A stretch of 64,000 nucleotides of DNA, taken from a virus. The notes beneath the pieces are model-generated. The model was not told where the DNA came from and made no database searches. It saw only the letters and a list, made by a program, of their open reading frames with translations. The DNA is taken from IMG/VR virus record IMGVR_UViG_3300045988_017048, positions 33,649-97,648 of that record. The stretch is one strand, 5' to 3'. The position numbers and the translations under genes were made by a program. Positions 22,957 through 31,890 of this stretch are shown here, in pieces. Position 1 is the stretch's first letter; each line of letters opens with the position of its first letter.

Positions 22957-23029
22957 CATGGGGTGATAGCAATGGTAGCTAGCAAGGCTCATAACCTTGA
23001 GGTTGGAGGTTCGAGTCCTCCCCCCGTAA
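22957..23029 (+). tRNA. initiator-like tRNA-fMet(CAT)
   Basis: CATGGGG-TGA-TAGC-AATGGTA-GCTA-G-CAAGG-CTCATAA-CCTTG-AGGTT-GGAGG-TTCGAGT-CCTCC-CCCCGTA-A. Carries the C1xA72 mismatch and a GGGG/CCCC acceptor like bacterial initiators, but only two G:C pairs at the base of the anticodon stem. Confidence 0.7.
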
Positions 23030-23043
23030 CTAAATTACTTTAT

Positions 23044-23241
23044 ATGGAAGAGATAGAGAAGGCAAAGATGACAAGAGTCAAGAAGACCAATGGTTCAGAA
23101 GTTCATCAAATTATGACTGCATTGACTGATACTACAATCAGAGGCATTGTAAGGTCAGCCAATGAGGAAGGAATTAAGAGAGAGAATATAGTTTCTCTAC
23201 TTAAAGAAAATGGTCAGTTTGTATTAATCTACTTTAAATAA
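23044..23241 (+). CDS. small hypothetical protein (65 aa)
   Basis: The track ORF 22921-23241 overlaps two tRNAs, so the start was trimmed to the first ATG after tRNA-fMet (MEEIEKAKM...). Confidence 0.5.
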   Translation: MEEIEKAKMTRVKKTNGSEVHQIMTALTDTTIRGIVRSANEEGIKRENIVSLLKENGQFVLIYFK

Positions 23242-23246
23242 ACATC

Positions 23247-23576
23247 ATGGAAATGGAAGAGCAGAAGACAATAGAAAGGCCCTTGATGGGTGAAGAGGAG
23301 TTCAAGGACTACATGGAGAAGAATAGAGTAGATATTGTGGGAGATTTCTATGAAAGAGGTATTCTTCACCTGAGAACTTATGAAGCAGTAAGCAAATTCA
23401 AGTCTGTAAGGAGGGCAATCAAGAGAGGCCATGTATCTCTTGATGGTATTATCTTTCCTAAGAGACCTTTCAACAATAAGGCTAATACTTGTAAGAGAAA
23501 AGGGCATCACAGTAGGACTATTAATGAAAGAAAGAAGATGATTTATGAGCAACTTAAACACAGAAAATCAGCCTAA
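23247..23576 (+). CDS. hypothetical basic protein
   Basis: 109-aa ORF. Confidence 0.6.
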   Translation: MEMEEQKTIERPLMGEEEFKDYMEKNRVDIVGDFYERGILHLRTYEAVSKFKSVRRAIKRGHVSLDGIIFPKRPFNNKANTCKRKGHHSRTINERKKMIYEQLKHRKSA

Positions 23577-23766
23577 TGATTACAATAAAGTGCCAGTATT
23601 ATACTGCAAGCATTGTCTATCATTGAATATTAGGAACATTCCAAGAATAAAGGATTCAGATTACTGTGATGAGTGTGGCTCCACTGATATAGGAGAATGT
23701 TCAATAGAAGAGTGGGAAACTCTATACAAGAATAGATATGGACATAGATTCCTTGAAGAATATTAA
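23545..23766 (+). CDS. small zinc-ribbon protein
   Basis: 73 aa with CKHC...CDEC. Confidence 0.55.
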   Translation: MSNLNTENQPNDYNKVPVLYCKHCLSLNIRNIPRIKDSDYCDECGSTDIGECSIEEWETLYKNRYGHRFLEEY

Positions 23767-23786
23767 TAACTTAATTATAAATTAAA

Positions 23787-24107
23787 ATGGAAGAGCAGAA
23801 GGGAAAAGTTGTAGAAATGCAACAAAAACAAAAGGAAACAGAGAGACCTGAGAAGATGTCTTATGAGCAGTTAGAGAACATAGCTCATCAGCTTAGTGAG
23901 CAAGCTAAGCAGTTATATATGAAGCTACAAGCTGCCAATATGGGCAATATGTTCAAGAGGCTTGACTACTTGTTTAAAGTAGTAGAGAATGGACATATGT
24001 TTAAGCAAGACTTCCTTGAGAAGTGTATTGCTGAGATTGAGGAGCTTATGACAGTTCCTGAAGAGGTTGAGGAAGAGGAAGCACCAGATATTAAAACTGA
24101 AGAGTAG
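23787..24107 (+). CDS. hypothetical acidic coiled-coil protein
   Basis: 106-aa ORF. Confidence 0.6.
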   Translation: MEEQKGKVVEMQQKQKETERPEKMSYEQLENIAHQLSEQAKQLYMKLQAANMGNMFKRLDYLFKVVENGHMFKQDFLEKCIAEIEELMTVPEEVEEEEAPDIKTEE

Positions 24108-24119
24108 CATCAATGTGTT

Positions 24120-24500
24120 ATGAAGAAGCCTAATAATATAGTTAGAGTGCCATGTTCTTTGAGTGGAAGCTTCTTTAGGTACTGGTTTATGTTCTTAGAG
24201 CCTTTTCATAAGCTAACTGATAGAGAGATTGATGTAATTACATCCTTTGTTAAGCAGAGATATGAACTCAGTAAAGTTATCAAGGATAATGAGATACTTG
24301 ATAAAGTTACAATGAGTGAAGATACAAAGAAGAAAGTAAGGGAAGAGTGTAACATCACTCTCCCACACTTTCAAGTAATTATGGGCAAGCTAAGGAAGAA
24401 TAAGGTCATCATTAATGGTAAGATTAATCCAAGGTTTATTCCTAACATTGATGAAGAAACTGGTACTTTCCAACTATTGTTACTTTTTGAATTGAAATGA
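24120..24500 (+). CDS. hypothetical protein
   Basis: 126-aa ORF. 4-nt overlap with the next gene. Confidence 0.65.
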   Translation: MKKPNNIVRVPCSLSGSFFRYWFMFLEPFHKLTDREIDVITSFVKQRYELSKVIKDNEILDKVTMSEDTKKKVREECNITLPHFQVIMGKLRKNKVIINGKINPRFIPNIDEETGTFQLLLLFELK

Positions 24501-24769
24501 ATTATTCTGATGTAATTGGTAAGGTTTCTGAAGAGTTGAATTTACCTAAAGAAGTGGTAGATAAAACATATAAAGCATTTTGGTTATTCATTAACCAATC
24601 CATACAGTCCTTGCCATTAAAGGAGAATCTTAATGAAGAGGATTTTGCTAAGTTAAGAACAAATTTCAACATTCCATCACTGGGTAAATTGACTTGCACT
24701 TATGATAGGATGTTAGGTATGAAAAAGAGACTCAAGTTTATAAAACAGATAAGGGAGAAGAAATGTTAA
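24497..24769 (+). CDS. hypothetical protein with an HU/IHF-like N-terminal pattern (tentative)
   Basis: MNYSDVIGKVSEELNLPKEVVDKTYKAF... resembles the N-terminal helices of HU/IHF, but no clear beta-arm signature is present. Confidence 0.3.
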   Translation: MNYSDVIGKVSEELNLPKEVVDKTYKAFWLFINQSIQSLPLKENLNEEDFAKLRTNFNIPSLGKLTCTYDRMLGMKKRLKFIKQIREKKC

Positions 24770-25188
24770 AATTAAAAAAGATAAAGCCAATGTTCACTGC
24801 ACTTATCACTACAATGGATAAGTATGAGCATGATATGATGGTGGGAGCTGGTCTTATTGATGTGACCAAGAGAGAAGGCAGCTTGAAGGAATATCAGAGA
24901 GTACTTGCAGTGGGTAGCTCTGTAAGAGACATTAAAGTTGGTGACTTGGTATGGGTTAATCCTACAAGATTTGGTGTAAAGAAACACCAAGAAGGTTCTC
25001 TAAAAGATGGAGTAGTAACTGATAACCCTATCATAACTTACAACTTTGATGTTGTTGAGATGGATGGGAAGCAGTGCCTATTACTACAGGATAGGGATAT
25101 TGACTTCATTATTGAAGAGTATGAGGAAGTTCCTGACCCAACTCCTTCACCAATCATTCAACCAGAGAAGAAGAAACTAATTGTATAA
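24763..25188 (+). CDS. hypothetical protein, GroES/gp31-like pattern (tentative)
   Basis: IKPMFTALITT...VLAVGSSVRDIKVGDLVWVNP resembles the co-chaperonin layout. 141 aa, followed by a strong terminator. Confidence 0.3.
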   Translation: MLKLKKIKPMFTALITTMDKYEHDMMVGAGLIDVTKREGSLKEYQRVLAVGSSVRDIKVGDLVWVNPTRFGVKKHQEGSLKDGVVTDNPIITYNFDVVEMDGKQCLLLQDRDIDFIIEEYEEVPDPTPSPIIQPEKKKLIV

Positions 25189-25193
25189 CTCAA

Positions 25194-25237
25194 AAGAGTG
25201 TATCAGGAAAACCAATCTTGATACACTCTTTTTTTTT
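25194..25237 (+). terminator. rho-independent terminator
   Basis: 12-bp stem AAGAGTGTATCA/TGATACACTCTT followed by T7. Confidence 0.8.
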
Positions 25238-25247
25238 ACCAGACTTT

Positions 25248-25787
25248 ATGTTGAAATTATTCAAATATGAGGGTTACAAGATAGTAATATCTGAGGAAGC
25301 CTTTGCTCTTAAACCATTCAGACAGATATGGCAAAGAGACAAGACTGTTAATAAGGATAAGGCTATTATGGAACTTGGCTTCATATACTTCTTTTGTGAC
25401 CCAAGAAGTGACTATCAATACCTTGTAGATGACAAGGAAAGAATGGAAGCTATCAAAGAGGGAGAGGGATTACCTCCTAAATGGGCACCAGACAGGATAG
25501 TAACAGAAGCAATGGAGTTTTATAAGTCCTTTAAGCCAATTTCAGCTTTACTCCTTGAAGACACGAGGTTTATGGTTGATAAGTATAGGAAAAGATTAAA
25601 AGCCCAAGAGTTTGATGAACTTGAAATTAAGGATTTGAAGGAAGCAGGTGCCCTCATTAAGCAAATACCTTCTCTTGTGAAAGACCTCAATGAGGCTGAA
25701 AAGGCACTTAACTCTGAAATGAGAGAGTCAGGTAGAATGAGAGGTCAGGGAGAAAAGACTATATTTGAGGATGACTTATCATTATAA
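25248..25787 (+). CDS. hypothetical protein upstream of the terminase (small-terminase position)
   Basis: The track start (TTG at 25218) lies in the terminator, so the ATG at 25248 was chosen. 179 aa. Function guessed from position only. Confidence 0.6.
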   Translation: MLKLFKYEGYKIVISEEAFALKPFRQIWQRDKTVNKDKAIMELGFIYFFCDPRSDYQYLVDDKERMEAIKEGEGLPPKWAPDRIVTEAMEFYKSFKPISALLLEDTRFMVDKYRKRLKAQEFDELEIKDLKEAGALIKQIPSLVKDLNEAEKALNSEMRESGRMRGQGEKTIFEDDLSL

Positions 25788-25788
25788 T

Positions 25789-26142
25789 ATGAAAGCAGAA
25801 GATATAATAGAAGGACTCAATAGACATATTGAGATAAGGAGAAGTGAAAGAGGAATTGAAAATGTAGGACATATTGTACTACAGAGGGAAATAATACCCC
25901 ATTCCTCATTCAAAGTTTATAAGATTTATAAGTACACTCTTTGGTTCACTAAGAGAGGTAAATCTTATAGAGTAATGGCAGTACAGCACACTGCTAAGGT
26001 TCCTGATGGTCAGGAAGAGAATATGTTAAGGGAGATGAATGTCAGGTTGAGTACACTAATATTCAATTGGATGGACTCTGCTTCTTATGAAGCAGTTATA
26101 AAGGGAGAATATAATGGAGTTTCAGAAGATACCAATGAATGA
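25789..26142 (+). CDS. hypothetical protein
   Basis: The ATG at 25789 sits 1 nt after the upstream stop (the track start 25765 overlaps). 117 aa. Confidence 0.6.
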   Translation: MKAEDIIEGLNRHIEIRRSERGIENVGHIVLQREIIPHSSFKVYKIYKYTLWFTKRGKSYRVMAVQHTAKVPDGQEENMLREMNVRLSTLIFNWMDSASYEAVIKGEYNGVSEDTNE

Positions 26143-28414
26143 ATATCAGACTGAGCTAACTGAGGAATTGGTTAATAGCCTTCCTCAGGAAGTTCAGGAC
26201 CAGTTATTTGATATTATAAATAATGTAGAGTTTGTCAAGAGATTGATAAGTCCTACAAGAGAACATGCCAAGGATAGACCAAGAGATGATAGGGGTAGAA
26301 TCATTGTAGACTTGGCTAATCCTCATATATTGGAGGATATGGACTATTTCAGACCATCTGCTATACATTATGAGAAGTATGGTACATTTACTAACCTTAG
26401 ACCCAATGCCAATCCTAATAGTGAATATGGTAAGTGGGTAAGAGAAGAAAGGAGAAGAATCTGGGATGGTTGTGTGAGGGAAAGTGATGGAGAATGGGTT
26501 ACAGGCTATATGTACTGGTTCCTTAACTATTCTCCTATGATGCTCTCTAAGATTAGAGAATACAAGGATAAGAATGGTAAGAAGAGAAAGTCCAAGAGGG
26601 CTGATAGAGTAGAGGCACTTCCTGAATGTTGGGAAGGAATCTATTGGAGATTCCATTGCTTAGACCAAGCATCAAATGGAGGCTTATATAATAACTTTGA
26701 GGGAGGTCAGCACATGGCTGAGCTTGCTTCCAGAGGTAAGGGTAAGTCATATAGTCTTGCATCAATACTTAACCATATCTTTGTGGTAGGTGAGAATGAG
26801 GAAGCACATGAAAAGGTAAAGGGCATAGTAACTGCCTATCAGAAAGAGTACCTTACTAAGGATGGTGTTCTTAACAAGTTTGTAGATATGGCTAACTTCT
26901 GTGCAACTAATACTCAGTTTCCAAGAAAGAGATTAAAGAACTCTTTGCAGGAAATGACATGGATAATGGGATATAAGGATGTAGACCTTGATATTGAAAG
27001 AGGTACTCAAAATACAGTACTTGGAGTATCATCTAAGGATGATGAGTCTAAGTTGAGAGGTAAGAGAGCTGCTAAGATTCTTATTGAGGAGTTTGGTACA
27101 TTCCCAAGACTTGTGGACCTTTATAATGTGTTGTTACCTTCAGTACAAGAAGGTGATATTGTCTTTGGTCAAATCTACATGTTAGGTACTGCTGGTGATA
27201 ATGAATCAGACTTTGCTGGTGCTCAGGAAATCATGTATAATCCTAAAGGTTATAATATGTATGCCTTACCTAATGTATTTGATAAATACAACCAAGGTAA
27301 ACCTTACTTTGTATTCTTCTTTCCTGGCTATGTAAATAGAAAGGGATGCTATAATGAGAATGGTGTATCTGATGTAATTAAGGCTCTAATTGAAATCCTT
27401 ATGAATAGGTATAGGGTAAAGTACAATTCTACTGACCCTAATACTATTATTAAAACCATTGCTGAGGTTCCTATTACTCCTGCTGAGGCTATTGTTAAGA
27501 CAGGTGTAAATATGTTCCCTGTAGCTGACTTGACTGAGAGAATAGGTCAATTGGATGCTAATCCTACAGAGTATGATGATGTATATGTAGGTGATTTGGT
27601 ATTTAATAAAGATGGTCAAGTAGAGTATAAACCTACCTCTGCTACACCTATTAGGGATTTCCCACATAAGGATAACAAAATAGAGGGTGCTATTGAAATA
27701 TATCAAATGCCTGAGATTGATAGGAATACAAGCAAGCCATACAATGACAGGTATATATTAGGTGCTGACCCTTATGATGATGATGAATCAAATACTATGT
27801 CTTTAGGTTCTATATTTGTATTAGACCTATGGACAGATAGGATAGTAGCTGAATACACTGGAAGACCTCCTTTTGCTGATGATTACTATGAGATTTGTAG
27901 AAAACTTTGTCTATTCTACAATGGTAGATTGAATTATGAGTATAATAAGAAAGGTCTATTCTCTCACTTCTCGACAAGAAATAGTCTTTATCTTCTCACA
28001 GATGTTCTTGATTTCTTAAAGGAAAAGCAGATGATGAAGGATGGCTATGGTAACAAGTCAAAAGGTACTAATGCCTCTCCTGCCATTAATGCTTATGCAA
28101 GAAGTAGATTGAGAAGCTGGCTATTGGCTCCAGTTCCTATTATGCAGACTATTGATGGAGAAGAGAAAGAAGTAATGGTCCCAAGATTATTTACTGTAAG
28201 GAATAGAGCACTGCTAAAAGAACTTATTAATTATAACTCTGAGGGTAACTTCGATAGAATATCTGCTATGGGTATGCTGATGCTTCTAAGGGAAGATAGG
28301 ATGATAAGATACCAAGGAGATGTTAGTAAGGAAAAGCAAGAAAGGGCTAATAATAGCTATGATGGTAATGACCCATTCTTCAAGAGAAATTATGACTTTA
28401 GGTTCAGGCAGTAA
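26114..28414 (+). CDS. terL: terminase large subunit
   Basis: Walker A LASRGKGKSYS, Walker B KILIEEFG, coupling motif LGTAGD and a C-terminal nuclease acidic cluster ILGADPYDDDES. 766 aa. Confidence 0.85.
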   Translation: MEFQKIPMNEYQTELTEELVNSLPQEVQDQLFDIINNVEFVKRLISPTREHAKDRPRDDRGRIIVDLANPHILEDMDYFRPSAIHYEKYGTFTNLRPNANPNSEYGKWVREERRRIWDGCVRESDGEWVTGYMYWFLNYSPMMLSKIREYKDKNGKKRKSKRADRVEALPECWEGIYWRFHCLDQASNGGLYNNFEGGQHMAELASRGKGKSYSLASILNHIFVVGENEEAHEKVKGIVTAYQKEYLTKDGVLNKFVDMANFCATNTQFPRKRLKNSLQEMTWIMGYKDVDLDIERGTQNTVLGVSSKDDESKLRGKRAAKILIEEFGTFPRLVDLYNVLLPSVQEGDIVFGQIYMLGTAGDNESDFAGAQEIMYNPKGYNMYALPNVFDKYNQGKPYFVFFFPGYVNRKGCYNENGVSDVIKALIEILMNRYRVKYNSTDPNTIIKTIAEVPITPAEAIVKTGVNMFPVADLTERIGQLDANPTEYDDVYVGDLVFNKDGQVEYKPTSATPIRDFPHKDNKIEGAIEIYQMPEIDRNTSKPYNDRYILGADPYDDDESNTMSLGSIFVLDLWTDRIVAEYTGRPPFADDYYEICRKLCLFYNGRLNYEYNKKGLFSHFSTRNSLYLLTDVLDFLKEKQMMKDGYGNKSKGTNASPAINAYARSRLRSWLLAPVPIMQTIDGEEKEVMVPRLFTVRNRALLKELINYNSEGNFDRISAMGMLMLLREDRMIRYQGDVSKEKQERANNSYDGNDPFFKRNYDFRFRQ

Positions 28415-28458
28415 ATTTAGTAAAAATGAAGACTAATGGTTAATAAATTACTTATATA

Positions 28459-28490
28459 CTTGCATGGGTCAAGGATTTTATTTACCTTTG
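28459..28490 (+). promoter_or_regulatory. Bacteroidota-type promoter (CTTG-N20-TACCTTTG)
   Basis: CTTG at 28459-28462 and TACCTTTG at 28483-28490, upstream of the portal gene. Confidence 0.6.
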
Positions 28491-28512
28491 CACAGTAATT
28501 AAATTGAAGAAT

Positions 28513-30927
28513 ATGGGATATGAAATGATAAATTTACCCCCACAGCAACTTCCATTTACTAAGAAGAATAAAGCTTGGAGAAAAAAGCACCTTGACTGGG
28601 CTGATTCTAAAACATTCTTCAATTATAGTTTGGTAAGGAAGTCTGTGATACATAAGAAAATAAACTATGACCTCCTTAATGGGAAACTTCACATGAGTGA
28701 CCTTGAGATGATACTGAATCCTGAAAAGCTACAGGCAGGTTTTATACCTGACAGGATTCAACATTATCCTATTATGAATAGTAAGTTGAATGTGCTTAGA
28801 GGTGAGGAAAGCAAGAGAGTCTTTGACTTCAAGGTAGTAGTCACTAACCCTAATGCTATTACAGAGATAGAGAATAATAAGAAGCAAGAATTGCTCCAAA
28901 AGCTACAAGAATGGGTGTCTAATACTTCTCAATCAGAAGAAGAAGCTAATCAAGAGCTTGAAAAGATAAATGACTATTACAGCTATGAGTGGCAGGACAT
29001 GAGGGAAATAAGGGCAAATGCCCTATTAAACCATTATGTAAAGGAATTAAATATCCCTCTAATGTTCAACCAAGGCTTCATGGATGCAATGGCAGTTGGT
29101 GAAGAGATTTATCAATGTGATATTGTAGGAGGTGAGCCTACTATTGAAAGACTGAACCCACTCAAAGTAAGAATCTTCAAGTCGGGATATAGCAATAAGA
29201 TTGAGGATGCAGACATGATAATCCTTGAAGATTATTGGAGTCCAGGCAAGGTTATTGATACTTACTATGATGTATTGACAAAGAAAGACATGGAGTACAT
29301 AGAGAAGATGCCTGACCATATAGGTCAAGCTGCTACAGACTCTATGGATAACATAGATGAAAGATATGGCTTTGTCAATAACCACATGATAGGAGATGAA
29401 ATAAGTACAGAGGGACTCTTTTGGGACCCATTAGGAGAATATGATGGTGTTAATAACTCACTTCTTCCTTATGATGTTGCAGGAAACTTGAGAGTACTTA
29501 GAGTATATTGGAAGTCAAGGAGAAAGATTAAGAAGGTAAGAAGTTATGACCCTCAAACAGGTGAAGAAGTATTTAACTTCTACCCAGAGACCTATGTAAT
29601 AGATAGGGATGCTGGAGAGGAGGAGCAGATATTCTACATCAATGAAGCATGGGAAGGAACTAAGATTGGTACTGATATTTATGTTAATATGAGACCAAGA
29701 GTAGTTCAGTACAACAGGCTAAGTAATCCTTCAAGATGTCACTTTGGAATTGTTGGCTCTATTTACAACCTTAATGACAATAGACCATTCAGTTTAGTAG
29801 ACATGATGAAGCCATACAATTACTTGTATGATGCAATACATGATAGATTAAATAAGCTGATAGCAAGGAACTGGGGTTCATTAGTCAGACTTGACTTTGC
29901 CAAAAAGCCTAAAGGATGGGATGTAGAGAAGTGGTTGTACTATGCAAAGACTATGGGTCTTGCAGTAGAGGATAGCTTCAATGAAGGTAATGTAGGTGCA
30001 GCTACAGGTAAACTTGCAGGTGCATTAAACAATGCCTCTACTGGTGTAATTACAGCCTCTGATGGTAATCAGATACAGCAATACATCAATCTTCTTGAGT
30101 TTATCAAGATGGAAATGGCAGAAGTTGCTGGTATTACCAAGCAAAGAGAAGGTCAGGTAAGTAATAGAGAAACAGTAGGTGGAGTAGAGAGAGCTACCCT
30201 CCAATCTTCTCACATTACAGAGTGGCTATTTGTAGTGCATGAAGATGTCAAGAAGAGAGCATTAGAATGCTTGCTTGAAACAGCTAAGATAGCATTAAGA
30301 GGCAGAAGCAAGAAGTTCCAGTACATCTTATCAGATAATTCAATGAGAGTTATGGAGATAGATGGTGATGAATTTGCAGAAGCTGATTATGGTCTTGTAG
30401 TGGATAATAGTAATGGTATGCAGGAATTAAACTCAAAACTTGATACTTTAGCTCAGGCAGCATTGCAGAACCAGACTCTATCATTCTCAACTATTATGAA
30501 GTTATTCAGTTCATCTTCACTTGCTGAAAAGCAAAGACTTGTTGAAAAGGATGAAAGAAGTATTCAGGAAAGACAGGCCCAAGCTCAGCAACAACAGTTG
30601 CAGGTAAAGCAGCAAGAGATAGAACAGAAGACTCAGATGGAACAGGCTAAGATGCAACAAGAAGATACCCTTAACCAAAGAGATAATGAGACAAAGATTC
30701 TTATTGCACAGATGCAAGCCTATAGCAAGAATAATGAAGATGACGGTATAATAGAACCTGAATATTCACAAGAAGCTAAGGATAAGCTTATGGAATCAAT
30801 AAGACAATTTGATGAGAGAATTAAGCTTGATAGGGAAAGATTAGAGTTTGATAAAGATAAGGCAAGGTCTGATGCAAAACTTAAAGAAAAGCAGATAAAC
30901 AAAACAACTCAAAAAAAAATCAAATAA
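28513..30927 (+). CDS. portal protein (by position and size)
   Basis: About 805 aa, immediately downstream of terL. Gln/Glu-rich coiled C-terminus. ATG at 28513 preferred over the TTG at 28504. Confidence 0.6.
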   Translation: MGYEMINLPPQQLPFTKKNKAWRKKHLDWADSKTFFNYSLVRKSVIHKKINYDLLNGKLHMSDLEMILNPEKLQAGFIPDRIQHYPIMNSKLNVLRGEESKRVFDFKVVVTNPNAITEIENNKKQELLQKLQEWVSNTSQSEEEANQELEKINDYYSYEWQDMREIRANALLNHYVKELNIPLMFNQGFMDAMAVGEEIYQCDIVGGEPTIERLNPLKVRIFKSGYSNKIEDADMIILEDYWSPGKVIDTYYDVLTKKDMEYIEKMPDHIGQAATDSMDNIDERYGFVNNHMIGDEISTEGLFWDPLGEYDGVNNSLLPYDVAGNLRVLRVYWKSRRKIKKVRSYDPQTGEEVFNFYPETYVIDRDAGEEEQIFYINEAWEGTKIGTDIYVNMRPRVVQYNRLSNPSRCHFGIVGSIYNLNDNRPFSLVDMMKPYNYLYDAIHDRLNKLIARNWGSLVRLDFAKKPKGWDVEKWLYYAKTMGLAVEDSFNEGNVGAATGKLAGALNNASTGVITASDGNQIQQYINLLEFIKMEMAEVAGITKQREGQVSNRETVGGVERATLQSSHITEWLFVVHEDVKKRALECLLETAKIALRGRSKKFQYILSDNSMRVMEIDGDEFAEADYGLVVDNSNGMQELNSKLDTLAQAALQNQTLSFSTIMKLFSSSSLAEKQRLVEKDERSIQERQAQAQQQQLQVKQQEIEQKTQMEQAKMQQEDTLNQRDNETKILIAQMQAYSKNNEDDGIIEPEYSQEAKDKLMESIRQFDERIKLDRERLEFDKDKARSDAKLKEKQINKTTQKKIK

Positions 30928-31878
30928 ATGAGAAGATTTAGAGATATTGTAGAAGATATTAAGGCACCAAGTCCCCAAAGCCTATGGCTTGATAAAGGAA
31001 AGCTGAAGTTCTTTGGAACTAAGGGATGGGCTTCAATGGTAGGTGAAGGGGATGAGGATAGACAAGAGCTTGAGGAAAAGGTAGACAATCTTGATAAAGA
31101 AGTAGGTAATATACAGAAAGATGTAGCAGTGCTTAATAGTAAAGCTGTAATAGAGCTTGAAATAGGTAATAGTGAAAGTGTTAAGGCTAATAACTTGGCT
31201 AAACTACAAGCTATACAATCAGTAGACCATTTATTCTTTGCTGATATTGATTATGGTTATGGTGCAGCTAAATGGCTACCTACTACAGGGGGAGAAGCCT
31301 TTATTGTAACAAGCAGTGGTAAAGCAGTTATTTATACTATAGCAATTGATGGTTCAGTAACTAAGACTGGTATTGATATAGACCTTGCAAATCCTAATAC
31401 TGATATATTTGAAGTAGTTACAGAGTTACCTACTGAGAATATTTCTACCTCAAGGATTTATTGCGTACTTTCTTCAACAAAAGGAGAAGAAAATAAATAT
31501 ACTGAATATGCATATATAAAACAAACTGATGGACAATATGCTTGGGAAAAGATGGGTGAGTTTAAAGCTGAACCTGATTTAAGTGATTATGCTAAAATAA
31601 ATAGTCCTCATTTTACTGGACTAGTATCAGTGGATGGAGACCTAAAAATACCAAAGGGTATATTTGAAGTTGGCTATCTTAGTGTGAACTATGTAGCAAA
31701 AGAATCAGGAGTATATTTAAGAACAAGAAACATTATTGAGCAGTCTCCAACTAAAGCATTTGTTACAGATGGTAGTATTACTGATATAGGTACATCTGAA
31801 TCATTTAAATTCACTCTTGAAGATGGTTCTACAGTAACAAAGTCAATAAGAGTAGTAAGTACAACTTCTGCAACTTAA
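30928..31878 (+). CDS. virion-associated hypothetical protein (fibre-like)
   Basis: 316 aa with an N-terminal coiled coil (ELEEKVDNLDKEVGNIQKDVAVLN). Lies between the portal and capsid genes. Confidence 0.6.
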   Translation: MRRFRDIVEDIKAPSPQSLWLDKGKLKFFGTKGWASMVGEGDEDRQELEEKVDNLDKEVGNIQKDVAVLNSKAVIELEIGNSESVKANNLAKLQAIQSVDHLFFADIDYGYGAAKWLPTTGGEAFIVTSSGKAVIYTIAIDGSVTKTGIDIDLANPNTDIFEVVTELPTENISTSRIYCVLSSTKGEENKYTEYAYIKQTDGQYAWEKMGEFKAEPDLSDYAKINSPHFTGLVSVDGDLKIPKGIFEVGYLSVNYVAKESGVYLRTRNIIEQSPTKAFVTDGSITDIGTSESFKFTLEDGSTVTKSIRVVSTTSAT

Positions 31879-31890
31879 AAAGAAATAATT

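Noticed and set aside
18624-23029. The dense regularly spaced repeats of the tRNA region as a CRISPR array.
   Set aside because: The units fold as distinct tRNAs with different sequences. No conserved direct repeat is present.
20016-23241. Track starts of ORFs 20016, 20729 and 22921, which overlap tRNA genes.
   Set aside because: The 5' portions lie within well-folded tRNAs (Ile; Cys; Gly and fMet). Starts were moved to the first ATG downstream of each tRNA.
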